A stretch of 64,000 nucleotides of DNA. It comes from Octopus vulgaris. Taxonomy: Eukaryota. A model generated the notes under the pieces. That model saw only the letters and a list, made by a program, of their open reading frames with translations, was not told the DNA's origin and ran no database searches. Position 1 is the first letter of the stretch. Every line of letters starts with the position of its first letter. Shown one piece after another: positions 1-13,171 of this stretch. A program made the position numbers and the translations under genes. The stretch spans positions 205,282,001 to 205,346,000 of the forward strand of contig OX597814.1 in assembly GCA_951406725.2 (NCBI GenBank). The letters run 5' to 3'.

Positions 1-254
1 CAATAAGGAGAAATGCATGAATGTCTCCTAATCCCAGCCCCACTAGTCTAAAAATATATTTAGCCTTAGAGTTGATCTCAGGCTGAACAACAACAACAAC
101 AACAATACTTTGTCATACTTCAACAAAGACGGAAATATTGTCCTATCTCTCACTTTATTAACCCAAGCTTATGAAGAAGTTTCTTTGATATTACTAAAAA
201 TAGCAGCTAACTTTCCTTAAAACCACATCCTATCCTGCCCCTGCTCATTCTAAT

Positions 255-830
255 TCATGTTACTGAGAGCTGGGGACCATGGGCACATGCACCATCTCTT
301 GCCATTGATTCCTGCCTCTGTTTATGGTTGTGTATTCAGCTTAAGTTCATGTCCATTCTTTAATGTCATCCACCCAACATCTTTTTGGTCTCTCTCTTTG
401 TTTCCCATTGATTTTTCTCTTTAGGATGTGGATGCCGAAGTTCTGGGCCCTGCAGCTTCCACTTCCTAAGAGATGTCAAAAATTCACTTTCTATTCCTAT
501 TTCTTCAAGAATTGACTCATTTGTTCAATGGTTAACCCAGCTGATCCTAAGCACTCTTTAGTAGCACATTGTTCCAAAAGCTTTGAGTTTTGCAGTGTTG
601 TTTGCTTTTAGGGTCATGCTTACACATTTATAGAGTGCAACAGACCAACATTGTATCTTCAGAAATTTTCAATTTAATGTTCTTGTTAAGAGTTCTGTCT
701 TTCCAAAATGTATCAAATGATTTTAAGACTGATTTTGCAGCCTCAAATTGTGCTCTTATTTCATAGCCTTCATCTCCCGATTGTTCTATGATAGCATCCA
801 GATATTTGAACCTGGTGATCTGTCCCAAAG
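255..830 (-). mobile_element. RTE-clade LINE 3' fragment (end of RT plus C-terminus), decayed
   Basis: ORF 628-828 (RFKYLDAIIEQSGDEGYEIRAQFEAAK...FWKDRTLNKNIKLKI) matches the RTE 'F.YLG..I...G....EI..RI..A...F....W....L....KL' motif. A second copy lies at 38610-39045. Confidence 0.8.
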
Positions 831-1199
831 TTACACCTTGGCGTTAGACATTGAGTTGCTCTGGCATTTTTAATCACTGCTATGACACATCCTAGCAACT
901 TAATAAAGGGACACATTAAATAATCTAATGTTTTTTTTTTATTACCCTGTCTTTTATTCAGGAAGAAAGGGCAATGCTCATAACTTTTTACAGGGATTCT
1001 AAGGCTTTGTAGGGCGGAAGAAAGGAAACCTGGTCCGAGAATATTTGCCACGAAGTGGACTCTTTTGAAGGCACTCAAAAACCAGATGGTGTGAAAATGG
1101 GTGATGGATTAAGTCCATGTATTTTCTGATAAAAACAAACAATTCATGATGTGAATATCTTTGATCATAGTTCTTGATCTGAGTTGACCTGGCATTAAA

Positions 1200-1213
1200 C
1201 AACTACTACTACA

Positions 1214-1290
<77 letters not shown>

Positions 1291-1321
1291 CACCACCACC
1301 ACCACCACCACCACCACCACC

Positions 1322-1384
<63 letters not shown>

Positions 1385-1397
1385 GCTACTACTACTA
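1200..1397. repeat. Compound microsatellite (CTA)n(CCA)n(CTA)n
   Basis: Seen directly; it produces the poly-S/G/V ORFs. Confidence 0.98.
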
Positions 1398-1850
1398 TTT
1401 GGTAAAGTACAAACCACAAAATTCCTCTGTTAAGACAGGAGAATGAAGTTTTTTAATCATATAACACAACACAATTACGTCTTACTTCAAGTGAATTTGG
1501 TCACACACGGAAAAACTCTAAAAAAAAAACAGAAGAGATGGTGAAGGATGGGAAGTTAAGCTGCATCAGGGAAAAGGCAGGAAAGAAGAGATCAGAAAGC
1601 TTAAGGTTTGATATGACCAAGAAAGAAGGAAGAAAGAGGTTATTTTGTTGTTGCTATGCACAGATGATGTGTATAGGTCATGGACTTAAGGTTAAACTTC
1701 ATTCTGAAAATAATTCTATGATATTTTCCCAGCCTTTGTTGTTCTTACTATCATTCTAAAGAAATGTAAGCAACACGTGATCTAACAATGGTATTAGCTT
1801 AAATACAACAATAAAACGAACTAACGTAAGAACTTTTGCACAGAATTCTT

Positions 1851-1899
<49 letters not shown>

Positions 1900-2327
1900 A
1901 TATAATGTATTCTTCTCTCAAGTTGTTCTGACACTGTTGCTATAGTTACTGTCTAGAAGGAAATAAAAAGTTTTATAGCCAAGAACCATTCTTTGAAACT
2001 GATGTTTGCAAAGTTATAGCTCACAATAACTTACTCGCACAAAAATATGTTTACTACATATACACACACATGCGTGCCCACACACACATGCGTGCCCACA
2101 CACACACACACGCTCAAGCTGTTTTTTTTTCTTCCTTGACACAAGAGAAATTCTAAATATTTAGATAAAAACAGCAACTGTTGTTGTTGTTGTTGCTGCT
2201 ACTGCTGTTGTTGTTGTTGCTATTGTTGTTTAACCCTAATTCAGTCCTGATCCATTTGACGACATGTGGTCAAATATGCTCCAGTTGTGACTTCTGCCTC
2301 TTTAGTTTCGGACAACATTATTCAGTG

Positions 2328-2480
2328 TGTGGAAGCACATAGGCCGAGTGGTTAGGGTGTCTGGTTCATGATTGCAAACTCTTGAGTTCCATTCCTGGAC
2401 CAGGAAGCTCATTGTATCTTTAAGCAAGGCACTTCATTTTTACATTGCACAAATTCATTCAGCTGAAAATAAACACCAGC
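2328..2480 (+). mobile_element. tRNA-headed SINE family A, partial
   Basis: A-box-like ggccgagtggttag and B-box-like gagttccattcc, followed by the '...aagcaaggcact...cattcagctg' body shared with 13172 and 56195. Confidence 0.7.
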
Positions 2481-3081
2481 CGAGTATTGGAGAAACTCTC
2501 TCTCTCTCTCTCTCTCTCTAGCTGTCACATTCTGGAGGTTCCATTGGATCAATGTTTGGGAGAGTCAGGATGGTGCCTTTGTGTGCAGTGACTACATAGG
2601 CACCTAAAACAATTTCTGAAAGCATGGTATATGTTACCAAGCCATATGCATCTATGGGTGATGGCTGGTTCTTTATACTGCCTAAATTATGTACCTTTAG
2701 TACTGAGTCTAACCTTTCTTCAAAGAGCAACTATTATTACTACTTTCACTTCTAAAGTCCACTTTTCTTTAACAAGCCTAACAAACGATAAACTCTTTGA
2801 TACTGTAAGGCAGCAGAGCACCACTCCCCTTATGGTTCACAAAAATTATTTCCTTAAGTCCATGACCTATACACACCATATGTGCATAGCAACAAAACAA
2901 ATTAACCTCTTTATTCCTTCTTTCTTGGTCATATCAATCCTCAAGCTTTCTGCTCTCTTCTTTCCTGCCTTTTCCCTGATGCAACTCAACCTACCCCTGC
3001 ATCCTTCATCATCTGCCTGTACTTCTTTTTCTGAGAGTTTTTCCATGTGTGATCGCTTTCACTTAAAGTAAGATGTAACTG

Positions 3082-3300
3082 TGTTGTGTCTGGGGAGAGT
3101 CATTTTCTTTTTGTGCCTTATTATTTAAAACACTCACCGGTAAAATTTCCACTTTTTTCTTATTTTTATTGTCCTAAAATTTTCGTTGCGTCTTACAACC
3201 TTTTCGATAATAATAAGGCCCCTCCCCCACAAAAAAAGAAAATGACTCTCCCCTGACACAACAGAATATGCTTCAACACACGAACTCATAAAGAATCCAA
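3082..3300. mobile_element. Unclassified palindromic interspersed repeat, copy 1
   Basis: Arms tgttgtgtctggggagagtcattttcttttt / aaaaagaaaatgactctcccctgacacaaca. Homologous to 8967-9145. Flanked by the direct repeat taactgtgttgtgt (3076, 3301). Confidence 0.7.
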
Positions 3301-3950
3301 TAACTGTGTTGTGTTATAGATTAAAAAACTTCATTTTCCTATCTTTTGTCACTTGACAGGAATTTTGTGGTTTATACTTTAATTCATGCATCACCCAACC
3401 ACATGACTAATCTGCTTCCCTCCACATTTATATCCCATTCTGGGTCTGTGGCAAAGCTGTCCTTTCAATTACATGTGTAGTCGTTCCAATATTATGATGT
3501 AAGAGGGTGAGTATTCTATAAACACCTGTAATCTAATGTAATCCATAGGTACATATTCAACAAATGGCAAAGCTAGACTTTTCTGAATAACAATTTACCG
3601 AGGACTCATTGTGTTCATGACAGACTTCACTTAGTGACCTTATCATTTCTTAGCATCAGAGCCCATGCTGACTGATCAGACCTATGATTAAAGACATTCC
3701 AGTTCAGCCTGTTTCATCTTTGAGGGGCTAACACAGGCTGTTTTATCTTATGTATCGTTTTCGTATTTAAGACCACAGAATGTGATTTCAGAGGGAGATT
3801 TATCTGCTATTTCTAGCTGATTAAGTAACAATGTATAGGCTCCCTTACTGAGTCTGTTTATTAATATTAGAGTGAGATCAATGATGTATTCATTGACTGA
3901 TTGATTCGTTATGCTAACTGTTAGCAACATTATTGCTGTATGTGAAAGAG

Positions 3951-3957
<7 letters not shown>

Positions 3958-3999
<42 letters not shown>

Positions 4000-4032
4000 T
4001 AGATAGATAGATTAGGATAGATAGATAGATTG

Positions 4033-4067
<35 letters not shown>

Positions 4068-4086
4068 TGGATAGATAGATAGATTG

Positions 4087-4133
<47 letters not shown>

Positions 4134-4134
4134 G

Positions 4135-4209
<75 letters not shown>

Positions 4210-4268
4210 TGATAGAATAGATAGATAGATAGACAGACAGGCAGATAGATAGATAAATAGATAGATAG
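3958..4268. repeat. (GA)n + (GATA)n microsatellite
   Basis: Seen directly. Confidence 0.98.
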
Positions 4269-4310
4269 TGAAGGAGAAAGATAAAAAATGTGAATGAGAG
4301 GAAGGTGGAG

Positions 4311-4595
4311 CAGGGTTGCCAGATAAAGTTACAAGTGATAGATTACACTACTTTGTAGCATTGTCCATTACTAATCTCCTTTTAAATGAGGGTTACCTGC
4401 TATTCTAAAATTATAATTTTTAAATGAAAAAGTCTTATTAAATTACCAATTAAATTATCAATTAAACTTGAACAGGCAAATATTGTTTTTTTTTTAAATT
4501 TATGAACAAAATGATCTTTTTTAGGTTAGTTATATAATTTGCTACTATTTGAAAATTTTTAGCTACTTTTTATGAACCTAAACTAGTAATCCCTG
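4311..4595. mobile_element. Possible old hAT-like MITE
   Basis: Starts cagggttgccag and ends with degenerate ctagtaatccctg; no clear TSD. Confidence 0.35.
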
Positions 4596-5304
4596 GATTG
4601 GTAATTCTCTGAGTGATCTTACTGAGGATGGAAACTAAATGTGATTTTGTGTTAGCTGAAAAGTCTTTCATTGAAGCAACAACGTAATAGAAGTTAACGT
4701 TACGAGTGATGCAGGTGGTTGACCTTAACGGAGGTGAGTAATTACTGCAACTTGATTCCTAACTGATGCAGAAATGGCTCTTTACTGAAATAAATAGCAT
4801 TTTTATAGCAGGTTTCTCATGGTGTATCATGAATCTGTTTATTATACAAAAACGTTTTAAAACATTTTCTCCTTACCTCTGTACACCTTTCATTTTAGTT
4901 TTTGCCCACACACAAATACTCCAACAGCTTTCTCTGTTTCTTTCTCCCCCACCATCATCTCTCTTTCGCCCTCATTCTCTCTGTTCTCACATATATATAT
5001 ATATTACATGTACATGTGTGGGTGTGTGTGTGTATGCATGCATATATGTATACACCCCACCATTTATATTTATATAATAGTTACACATACATCTACAGAA
5101 GCAATATCTGGATATATTGTCAGTGTCATAACCTGGAGTCAATGAATATTTTGAGTCTTACAACATTCTCCCTCATCCAGGTGACCTGGTCTAGGTTGAT
5201 CAACCCTGGTCCTGTGTCCGAGTGGCATTCTACTGATTCCATTGGTCAGCTCTTTTCAGCCCAAACTATCTCAATGCTTCATCTACAGTATCACTATTGT
5301 TCTT

Positions 5305-5863
5305 GAAACCCAAATGCCTTCTTGTTCAGCCGAAAGCAGTTTTGGCACAAACTTGGCAGACATGCGTCTCAAATCCGAATCTTCAGTGATAATGGACTGA
5401 ACTGAACCGTAACTAATCTGTGCAACCTCTGATAACTCACGGTTGGTGATTTGATAATTACTTCTCACAGCTGCATGCACATCTGCGATAATTTTCTCAG
5501 TTCTGTTGATTGCGGGTCTCCCAGAATGTTCATCAATATCGACATTTTTCAGCCATCTTTGAACCACTCATACATTTATGTGTGGCTCATACCCTCCTCT
5601 CCAGACACTGTGTGCAACTTTGCATAGGACTCTGAGCAGGTATCGCCATGACAACTTTCTCTGTCATGGTCAGTGTGATGATCACATGCTACACATCTTC
5701 CTACCAAGCTGTGCTGTAAACAGCAGAAGTGAGCTAGAATGTTAAAACTTAGTGCACATGTACATGCACAGCAGAGTCCAAGGTCAATTTTTGCCAAGCG
5801 GCTTCACACTGTGTGTTTCATTACTATGACAACAGTCTGGATACTAATTGATAAGACTTCGTA
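5305..5863 (-). mobile_element. Mariner transposon 5' fragment (HTH region and TIR)
   Basis: ORF 5283-5567 contains 'DEHSGRP...ITNRELSEVAQISYGSVQSIITEDSDLRRMSAKFVPKLLS' (mariner WVP-type linker). The minus-strand end TACGAAGTCTTATCAATTAGTATCCAGACTG resembles the TIR at 45545. Confidence 0.88.
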
Positions 5864-6380
5864 CAGGCAAAAATATCCTGTTGATGCTGTTGAAATCTCA
5901 ATGAAGGAATCCTGGATCTTGGTTAGAAACCGATTCTTTTTCTACTGGCAAGAAATCTTGAAATATAACTACATAATGACATACATATATACATTCATAC
6001 ACATTTGCATGTATGTATGTATGTATGTATATATGTATGTATGTATGTATGCATGTATATACGTATACATACATGAGTAGAAGCGAAGGTGAGGGAGAGA
6101 GTGAGCAGGTGAGAGTGAGAAGCAGACAGACATAGATAGATAGATGCATATATATACATACACATACATTTATCTGTCCGTCTGTTTTTATATATATATG
6201 TACACATACACACACACACACGCACATATATACACACTAGCGTGTGCCACTCAGCTTCCATTTGCCGCCCCCAAGCCCCATAAAAAACACATATTGCCTA
6301 CAGCTGACCCAAAAGTGCCACCAGGGAGGACCACCCCTACAGCCCCCACCATCTACTCAAGTGTGTGTGTGAGTGTATGA

Positions 6381-6420
<40 letters not shown>

Positions 6421-7149
6421 GCCTGAACTTTTACAATACATTCACACATAGAAAGCAAAAGGAATGTTGCCATATGTTATGTAATTGCACGTATTTGACT
6501 CTAAACATTGTAGAGATTATCAGTCACGTGTTGTGATGTTATCTTCGAACACTAGATGTACTTTTGCATTACAGCAGCCTTTCTGAAGGTATCAGAAATA
6601 CCTATTCTGTATCTACTGTTGATGTCTTGTCATACAATCGTCTGGCATTGCTGGATACTACTATAATATTTCTATGACATTTAATTGACAGTCAGGCTGG
6701 AGTTCCACTCATTTTTAACAAACTGTAAATGCTACTAATTGTGTAGCCAGATACCATTTGAATTACAAGAGATGAGTTTTGGCAGATAAGAGAAGGCTTA
6801 TATCTAATTCTGTCTTGTAATGCCATGAATGAGAAAAAGAATAAGCTGATTCAATTATATGCTCGTTTACTGAGAATCAAAGCTGTGAAAATCATTAAAA
6901 AATCATTTATAACAAATTTTCCTTTCACCTGATGGAATCAATGAGCTTGGTAGTGTTGTTAGACTATAAACTTTGGGGTATATAATATAAACTGAGGACC
7001 TGATGTGGATGGAAAATGGGTAAAGAATAATAAATAGATTAATTGACTGACAACCAGAATTGGCCAAGCCAAGGTGACTTTCAACAAATGGCGTACAACT
7101 CCTGCCATGGCATCAAATGTTACTGTGGAACAGAATCACAAACTGCTGG

Positions 7150-7760
7150 CAGCACTGCTCCTTCCAGAGCTTGCACCACCTGACCCACAGCCACTTCTGC
7201 TGTTTCCCCAACGAAATGGATGGCTTTCTACCGACTGGTTACTGCAACGACCAGTAAGTTGAAAGTTCTGCAGAGGGTCTGGCCTGCAAATCCTCTGCGC
7301 CTCACCTCAGTTGGATTGCACCTTGCTCGTCACTTGTTGCTATGACACAGCATCACCAGCTCAGTATATTTCCATCTCTTAATCTCATTTGGGCCCATGC
7401 ACCTGATTGAATGCTTCTGAGATCAGCCTCATATCCGATCTTAGTGACCTTGAGGTGAGAGTTTCTGGCAACTTCAGCTACTTCCCTGGTCGACTTTCAG
7501 CTCTCAGACTTTTGTGGTTGCAAGAAGGTCAAAGGAAGCATAGCTAGCAGCTGTGTCTTCTTCATGCTAGCTTAGATAAAGGTGATGAGAGGGGGTGCTT
7601 ACAATGGCTAGTCTCAGTCTGGTAGTGTCTCCTATGACCTTCAAAAGTGAATCATGCCTCCAGCGATAATGTCCTTCTCCCAGGGCCTTTGGAAAGATAC
7701 TGAGGATGCACACCAGAGTTTTCTCCTCAAGCACAGAGGCAAGGGTATGCTGGTGACACT
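7150..7760 (-). mobile_element. HERO-like RLE non-LTR retrotransposon remnant
   Basis: Manual minus-strand translation gives CPLC...TLVCILS.FPKALGEGHYRWRHDSLL (zinc-knuckle region), LRSDMRLIS (RPD motif) and KYTELVMLC...RCNPTEVRRRGFAGQTL. Confidence 0.75.
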
Positions 7761-7922
7761 AACTTTCTGACTTACCCCAGCAGAACAAGTTGGATGAGCT
7801 CAGTAGGACATCATAAACTGCCTCACACACACACACACACACACACGTCTGTGTGTGTGTGTATGTGTGTGTGTATTGAATCGTCAGTAATTCCTATATC
7901 TGAAAAGAAGCACACTCTAAAT

Positions 7923-8665
7923 CAGGGGTTGACAAAATGGGTCTGATGGATCCTGTATGGGTCAGCGAGGAATAACAGGGTCGATGATAGCCAAAGGGTC
8001 GAATGCTGGTCAGCGTGCAAAAGACCAGCTCCCCCAGATGTACTGCTTAAAATACGTTGTCAGCACCATGGCCATCCTTCACATTGATGTTGTCAACTTC
8101 AATAAAAGATATTCCAGCAATTTGATGTGTTTTCCCACATTTTCTAACTGTGAAAACAATTTCATAAAAATTGAAACTTTAATACTGTATAGTCGTACAT
8201 ATAGTTTTAGAATGTAAGAAGTGTGTCATCATCATCATCATCATCATCGTCGTTTAACGTCCGCTTTCCATGCTAGCATGGGTTGGACGGTTTGACCGGG
8301 GTCTGGGAAGCCAGGAGGCTGCACCAGGCCCAGTTTGATCTGGCAGTGTTTCTACAGCGGGATGCCCTTCATAATGCCAACCACTCCGTGAGTGTAGTGG
8401 GTGCTTTTTACGTGCCAAGCGAGGCTGGCACTTCAATAGAATTTCGTAATTTGTCATACATGTATATAATAATAATAATAATAATAATTGTGTACAGTGC
8501 TCAGGTGCACTACAACTTTTAGCTAACATTTTAATTGCCAGCATCAGTACCCAGTATGCAGTTAAGATATGGTAGGGTAAGGTATTAAGATATTTTAAAT
8601 GAGGAAGGTGTTCGATGCAGAAGGAGAAGTGGCTAAAGGGGGTCGATAAAGTTTGGCGACCCCTG
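7923..8665. mobile_element. hAT (Charlie-like) non-autonomous element with nested insertions
   Basis: TIRs caggggttgacaaa / tttggcgacccctg; 8-bp TSD ctctaaat / ctctaaag. Confidence 0.85.
8226..8430 (-). mobile_element. (ATG)n-tailed RTE-type non-autonomous retroelement/SINE (family R), 5'-truncated
   Basis: (cat)n cgtttaacgtccgctttccatgctagcatgggttggacgg... is shared by about 20 copies in the window. Confidence 0.9.
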
Positions 8666-8966
8666 CTCTAAAGCATTGGAGCAACAATGTATTTTGGGGA
8701 AGTTAAAAATAATGGCCAGTCATAGAGTGACCCTTTGTTTCGCACCTGTAAAGTGCTTAACACTGTATAGGCGACTCGCCAGACTCAAATGATTGAAGGT
8801 GTATAATCTCTCTCTAGAACTGGAGGAAGAAATACGCAACAGTCAGTTGGTTTTGCAAACAATAATTGTTTTGGTGAACTGAAGTAAATAGTTATCCAGA
8901 GGAAATATTATTACCATAAATATATGAAGTCACAATTGAATCATTTGATTTTTTTAAAAGTCATTT

Positions 8967-9145
8967 TGTCTGGGGAGAGTCATTCTCTTTTAGTGCCTTA
9001 AAACGAAAATTTTAGGAAAAATAAATAAGTAAATGAGTAGAAACTTTACCCATGAGTGTGTTAAATAATAAGGCACTAACAGAGAATGATTCTTCCCAGA
9101 CACAACAAAATATGCTTCAACGCACGAACTCACATAAAGAATCTT
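8967..9145. mobile_element. Unclassified palindromic interspersed repeat, copy 2
   Basis: Same arms and same right-hand extension (cacaacaaaatatgcttcaac..cgaactca..aaagaatc) as 3082-3300. Confidence 0.7.
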
Positions 9146-9869
9146 GCAAACCGAATCCCAAAACGAAGTGTTTATATGCTATATATAATTATATGTAATT
9201 AGAGTTACTTCCCTTGGGGTAGAAATATGAAGGAGTTATTCCCCTTGCACTGCTTTACTCCCAATTCTGTGTAATTCTATGTAAACTAGTGACGGTGTAT
9301 AATGACAACAGTAAGATAACAAATGAAGTCACACAGGTGTTTAAGACCAGCATTTTCCCTGAAAACATTAACTACAACAACAGATAAACGAAACAAATCA
9401 ATGTACCGAAAGTCTTTAGATGGGAAAAATAATCTGAGCCAATTCAAATCCTATCAATGGACTTGTTTCATTGATTACCCTTAATGTGTTTTTGCTGTAT
9501 ATAATATCGCTTTACATTCATGATACTAAAATATATTGACATGCTTAAAACCTATTTATCTAAACAGAGTTTTCAACATGGTTTACTTACAAAGCTGCTA
9601 TTTTCTTGGTATAATAGCTGGGTTCAATTGAAATCAGTTTTGCAGTTAGAATAGAGGATTAAATCCCTTAAATCCCTTATTAGGTCTAATCTCTCCATCT
9701 AACCATCTTAGGTGCCTTTAACAAAATCCACTGTGTCGCAAGCATTCAGGCCAGGCCTCTCTGATTTGGGAATCACTTCCTCCTTCAATTCCACCAATCT
9801 CAAAGCCCCTGATAAAAGTCCATCGTCCCTGGCGCTACCTTTCTTCCTCCTATAAGTAATTCATATAAT

Positions 9870-10028
9870 AGGTGCAGGCATGGCTGTGTGGTAAGAACCT
9901 TGTTTCCCAATCACATGGTTCTATGTTCAGTCCCACTGCATGACATGTTGGGCAAGTGTCTTCTATTCTAATCATGGGCTGATCAAAGCCTCATGAGTGG
10001 ATTTGGTAGACAAAACTGAAACATCTCC

Positions 10029-10059
<31 letters not shown>

Positions 10060-10220
10060 TGTGTCCTTGCGCCTGTCCTTGCTCCGACCCGACCCCACCC
10101 CACTGCTTGACAACTGGTATTCATATGTCTACATCCTTGTAACTTAGCAGTATGGCAAAGAGACTAGTAGAATAGATGAGACTAGATGAGTTGTAGTGCA
10201 CCTGAGCACTGTACACAATT

Positions 10221-10251
<31 letters not shown>

Positions 10252-10395
10252 TAAAATAAGTACCTGGCTAAAAAAAAACAACAAAAAAACAAAAACAGAG
10301 ATTAACTATTGGGGTCAATTCATTGACTAAAAATGTTTCAAAATGGTGCCCCAGCATGGCCGCAGTCCTATGACAGAAACAAATAAAAGATTAAA
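9870..10395 (+). mobile_element. tRNA-headed SINE family B with internal (TA)n
   Basis: Head ggcatggctgtgtggtaag...ttcagtcccactgc...ttgggcaagtgtcttc (CORE-like); 3' end ccagcatggccgcagtc..gaaacaaataaaaga. Confidence 0.85.
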
Positions 10396-11034
10396 TAAAA
10401 TAAATATATCCTTACGTTTCATTTCATATCATGTCCAAATGTTTGGAAGATAAAAATATTTTTGCTTTACAGAATATTTGGATTTCCAACTGCTGGTTGT
10501 TTTATTTGACTTTAATCTTTTAGTCGGGGGAGAAGACACTGCTCAGAACCTGTTACAGCACCTTGAAGACTAATAGGAGGGTGGTATCCTCAACCTGAAA
10601 AGCTACCTGAATGTTTGCAACAGAGTACGTCTCTGCTAAATATGGCTAAAACACTTCATTGTGGTATTAACCTGGGGCATGGATTAAGTCCACCGCCCAT
10701 GTAGGCCATTGCAGGACTTGAAATCTGAATACAAAGTGCTGGACACAAATACCACAAGGTATCCATCTCAACAGTCTTACAATTTCATCACTCCATCACC
10801 TTGAATTGTTACTTTTTTATTGATCCTGAAAACATGGAAGGCAAAATTGACCTCAGTTGGACTTCAACTCAAAGTGAAGAGAGCCAGAACAAACAAACAC
10901 CATGTGGGATTCTGTCTGCATCTCTTACACCTCTGCCAGTTCACATGGTGTAAAGTAAATTATGGCACAGAACCTGACCTCACCTTTACAATGGCAATTT
11001 ATCATGTGGGAACAATGTAAATTTACTTTATATA

Positions 11035-11339
11035 AAGCACCATCCAAACGTGGCCGATGCCAGCGCCACCTTGACTGGCTTCCGTGCCGGTGGCACGTAA
11101 AAAGTACCAATCCGATCATAGCTATTGCCAGCCTCACCTGGCACCTGTGCCGGTGGCATGTAAAAAGCACCCACAACACTCTCGGAGTGATTGGCATTAG
11201 CAAGGGCATCCAGCTGTAGAAACACTGCCAGATCAGACTGGAGCCTGGTGCAGCCTTCTGACTTCCCAGATTTCCAGTCGAACCGTCCAACCCATGCTAG
11301 CATGGAGAATGGACGTTAAACGATGATGATGATGATGAT
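11035..11339 (+). mobile_element. Family R retroelement
   Basis: Two hairpin modules, body and gacgttaaac(gat)n tail. Confidence 0.9.
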
Positions 11340-11454
11340 TGAAGTAGTTTAACCCAAGAAGTTGTTGTTGTTTAACCCCAGGTCAGTTTCAATCTATAAT
11401 TAAAGAAATTCCAGCTTTGCCCATCCTCTTGATTTTAGCATGTCTATGGCTACA

Positions 11455-11763
11455 GTGTGGAGGCTCATGGCCTAGTGGTTAGAGTAGTGAACTTGCGGTC
11501 AAGGGATTGTAGGTTCGAATCTCAGACTTAGCTATGTGTGTGTTTATGAGCGAAACACCTAAGCTCCACGTGACCCCGGCAGAAGGGAATGGCAAACTTC
11601 TGCTGACTCTTTCACCACAACTTTCTCTCATTCTTTCCTCCTGCATCTAGCAACTCACCTGTAAAAGACCAGTGAGCCATCCAGGTGGGAACCTATATGC
11701 CAATAAAACTGGGAAACCGGCCCTTATGAGCCAGGCATGGCTCGAGAAGGAACAAACAACAAC
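11455..11763 (+). mobile_element. tRNA-headed SINE with (AAC)n tail and 9-bp TSD
   Basis: A-box tggcctagtggttag, B-box ggttcgaatctc; TSD atggctaca at 11446 and 11764. Inserted in an older repeat. Confidence 0.85.
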
Positions 11764-12015
11764 ATGGCTACATTATCTAATGTATCTATTCGATTTTGAA
11801 GGCAGCAAGGTGTGAATATGAGGGATATTTAGTTGCTATTTCTAACAAATCCACTAACCACATAGAAGCTTTTCATTGGCTTGTTAATGAGGAAGGATTC
11901 AATAAAAGCAACTACTTACTGTTGGTACAGAAGTGTCTCTTTAAAGTTTATTCAACTTTAGATGTGTCTGTCTGAAATGGATAGAAACACAATTGGTTAA
12001 CATGTATATGCATTA

Positions 12016-12413
12016 CTAGCAGTATCGCCCGGCGTTGCTCGGGTTTGTAAGGGAAATAACTATATAAGCATTTTTAGAGATGTAAAGTATAATAGCCATC
12101 TCAATATGGCTAACCACAAAGGAGAGGGGTGTTACTGTAGCTTTTTACGTTCTGAGATTTAGTAATAAATTTTTAGAGAGTTACTTCCCTTATATATGCC
12201 AAAAATGCATTAAAAATGGGAAAAATTGATGGTAAATTTTTTTTTAAATCGTAGACTCATCGTAGACGCACGCTAATGCCCAGAAGGGCTCGATATGAAT
12301 CACGACTATAAGATACCCGGTATTGGTTAAACTGCACCGCAAAATGTGGGAGTAGTTAGGAATCTAAATCGTAGGAGACAGACAGCACACAACCTCACTT
12401 TTATATATAAAGA
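12016..12413 (-). mobile_element. Non-autonomous Helitron, copy 1
   Basis: On the minus strand it starts TC(TTTATATATAAAA), ends with hairpin CCCGAGCAACGCCGGG then CTAG, and sits between A and T with no TSD. Confidence 0.85.
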
Positions 12414-13113
12414 TATCACGACAAAGTTTACTCATAATATTCATCATAAAGCTTATTCACAATTATTCATAATAAAATTAGGAGAAATACAGAAAGATAT
12501 GAAGTGGATACGCACTGACTTCACAACCAAGAATCAAAACCTCATTCCCCATGCCTCTGTCCATTGTTCTTGGACTCTGCAGTCAGAATTTGTTTGTGCT
12601 ACCTGTCATCACCATTTCAGGTGAAACAGTTCAATTTAGGCAGCTCATTCAACTTCCCAGGTTATTGCTTTAGCTTTAGGAGAGCTATAAGTATGAGACA
12701 TCTGTAGAAAAATAGGTTTTCCTTGAGAGATCTCAGAGAGATAACCCCCTGCCCTCTGTCTCTCACTTTATTGAAATGTCAGAGTTAAAATGGCAATTCT
12801 CTTTCCATCCACAATTTTCAGAGTTAATTTCTGTTGCTCTCTCCTTTACTGTTTGCCACTTGCAGACAACAAACTTGTCACCAATGGTAAACCTTACATG
12901 AGCTTCACATCATTACTTTTTTCATTCAACACAACTCAGTAGTAATGCTCTACAACTGCAGCACGTTTGGATGGTGCTTTTTACATATCATTGGTATGGG
13001 GAGCCAGTCAGGTGACACTGGTATCGGCCACAACTATAGTTTCCATTTGATTGTGATTTGATTTGATTTTGATTTTGATTTACTTGACTCAATAGATCTC
13101 CTCAAGCACATAT

Positions 13114-13150
<37 letters not shown>

Positions 13151-13171
13151 TTATATATATATCACATATAT

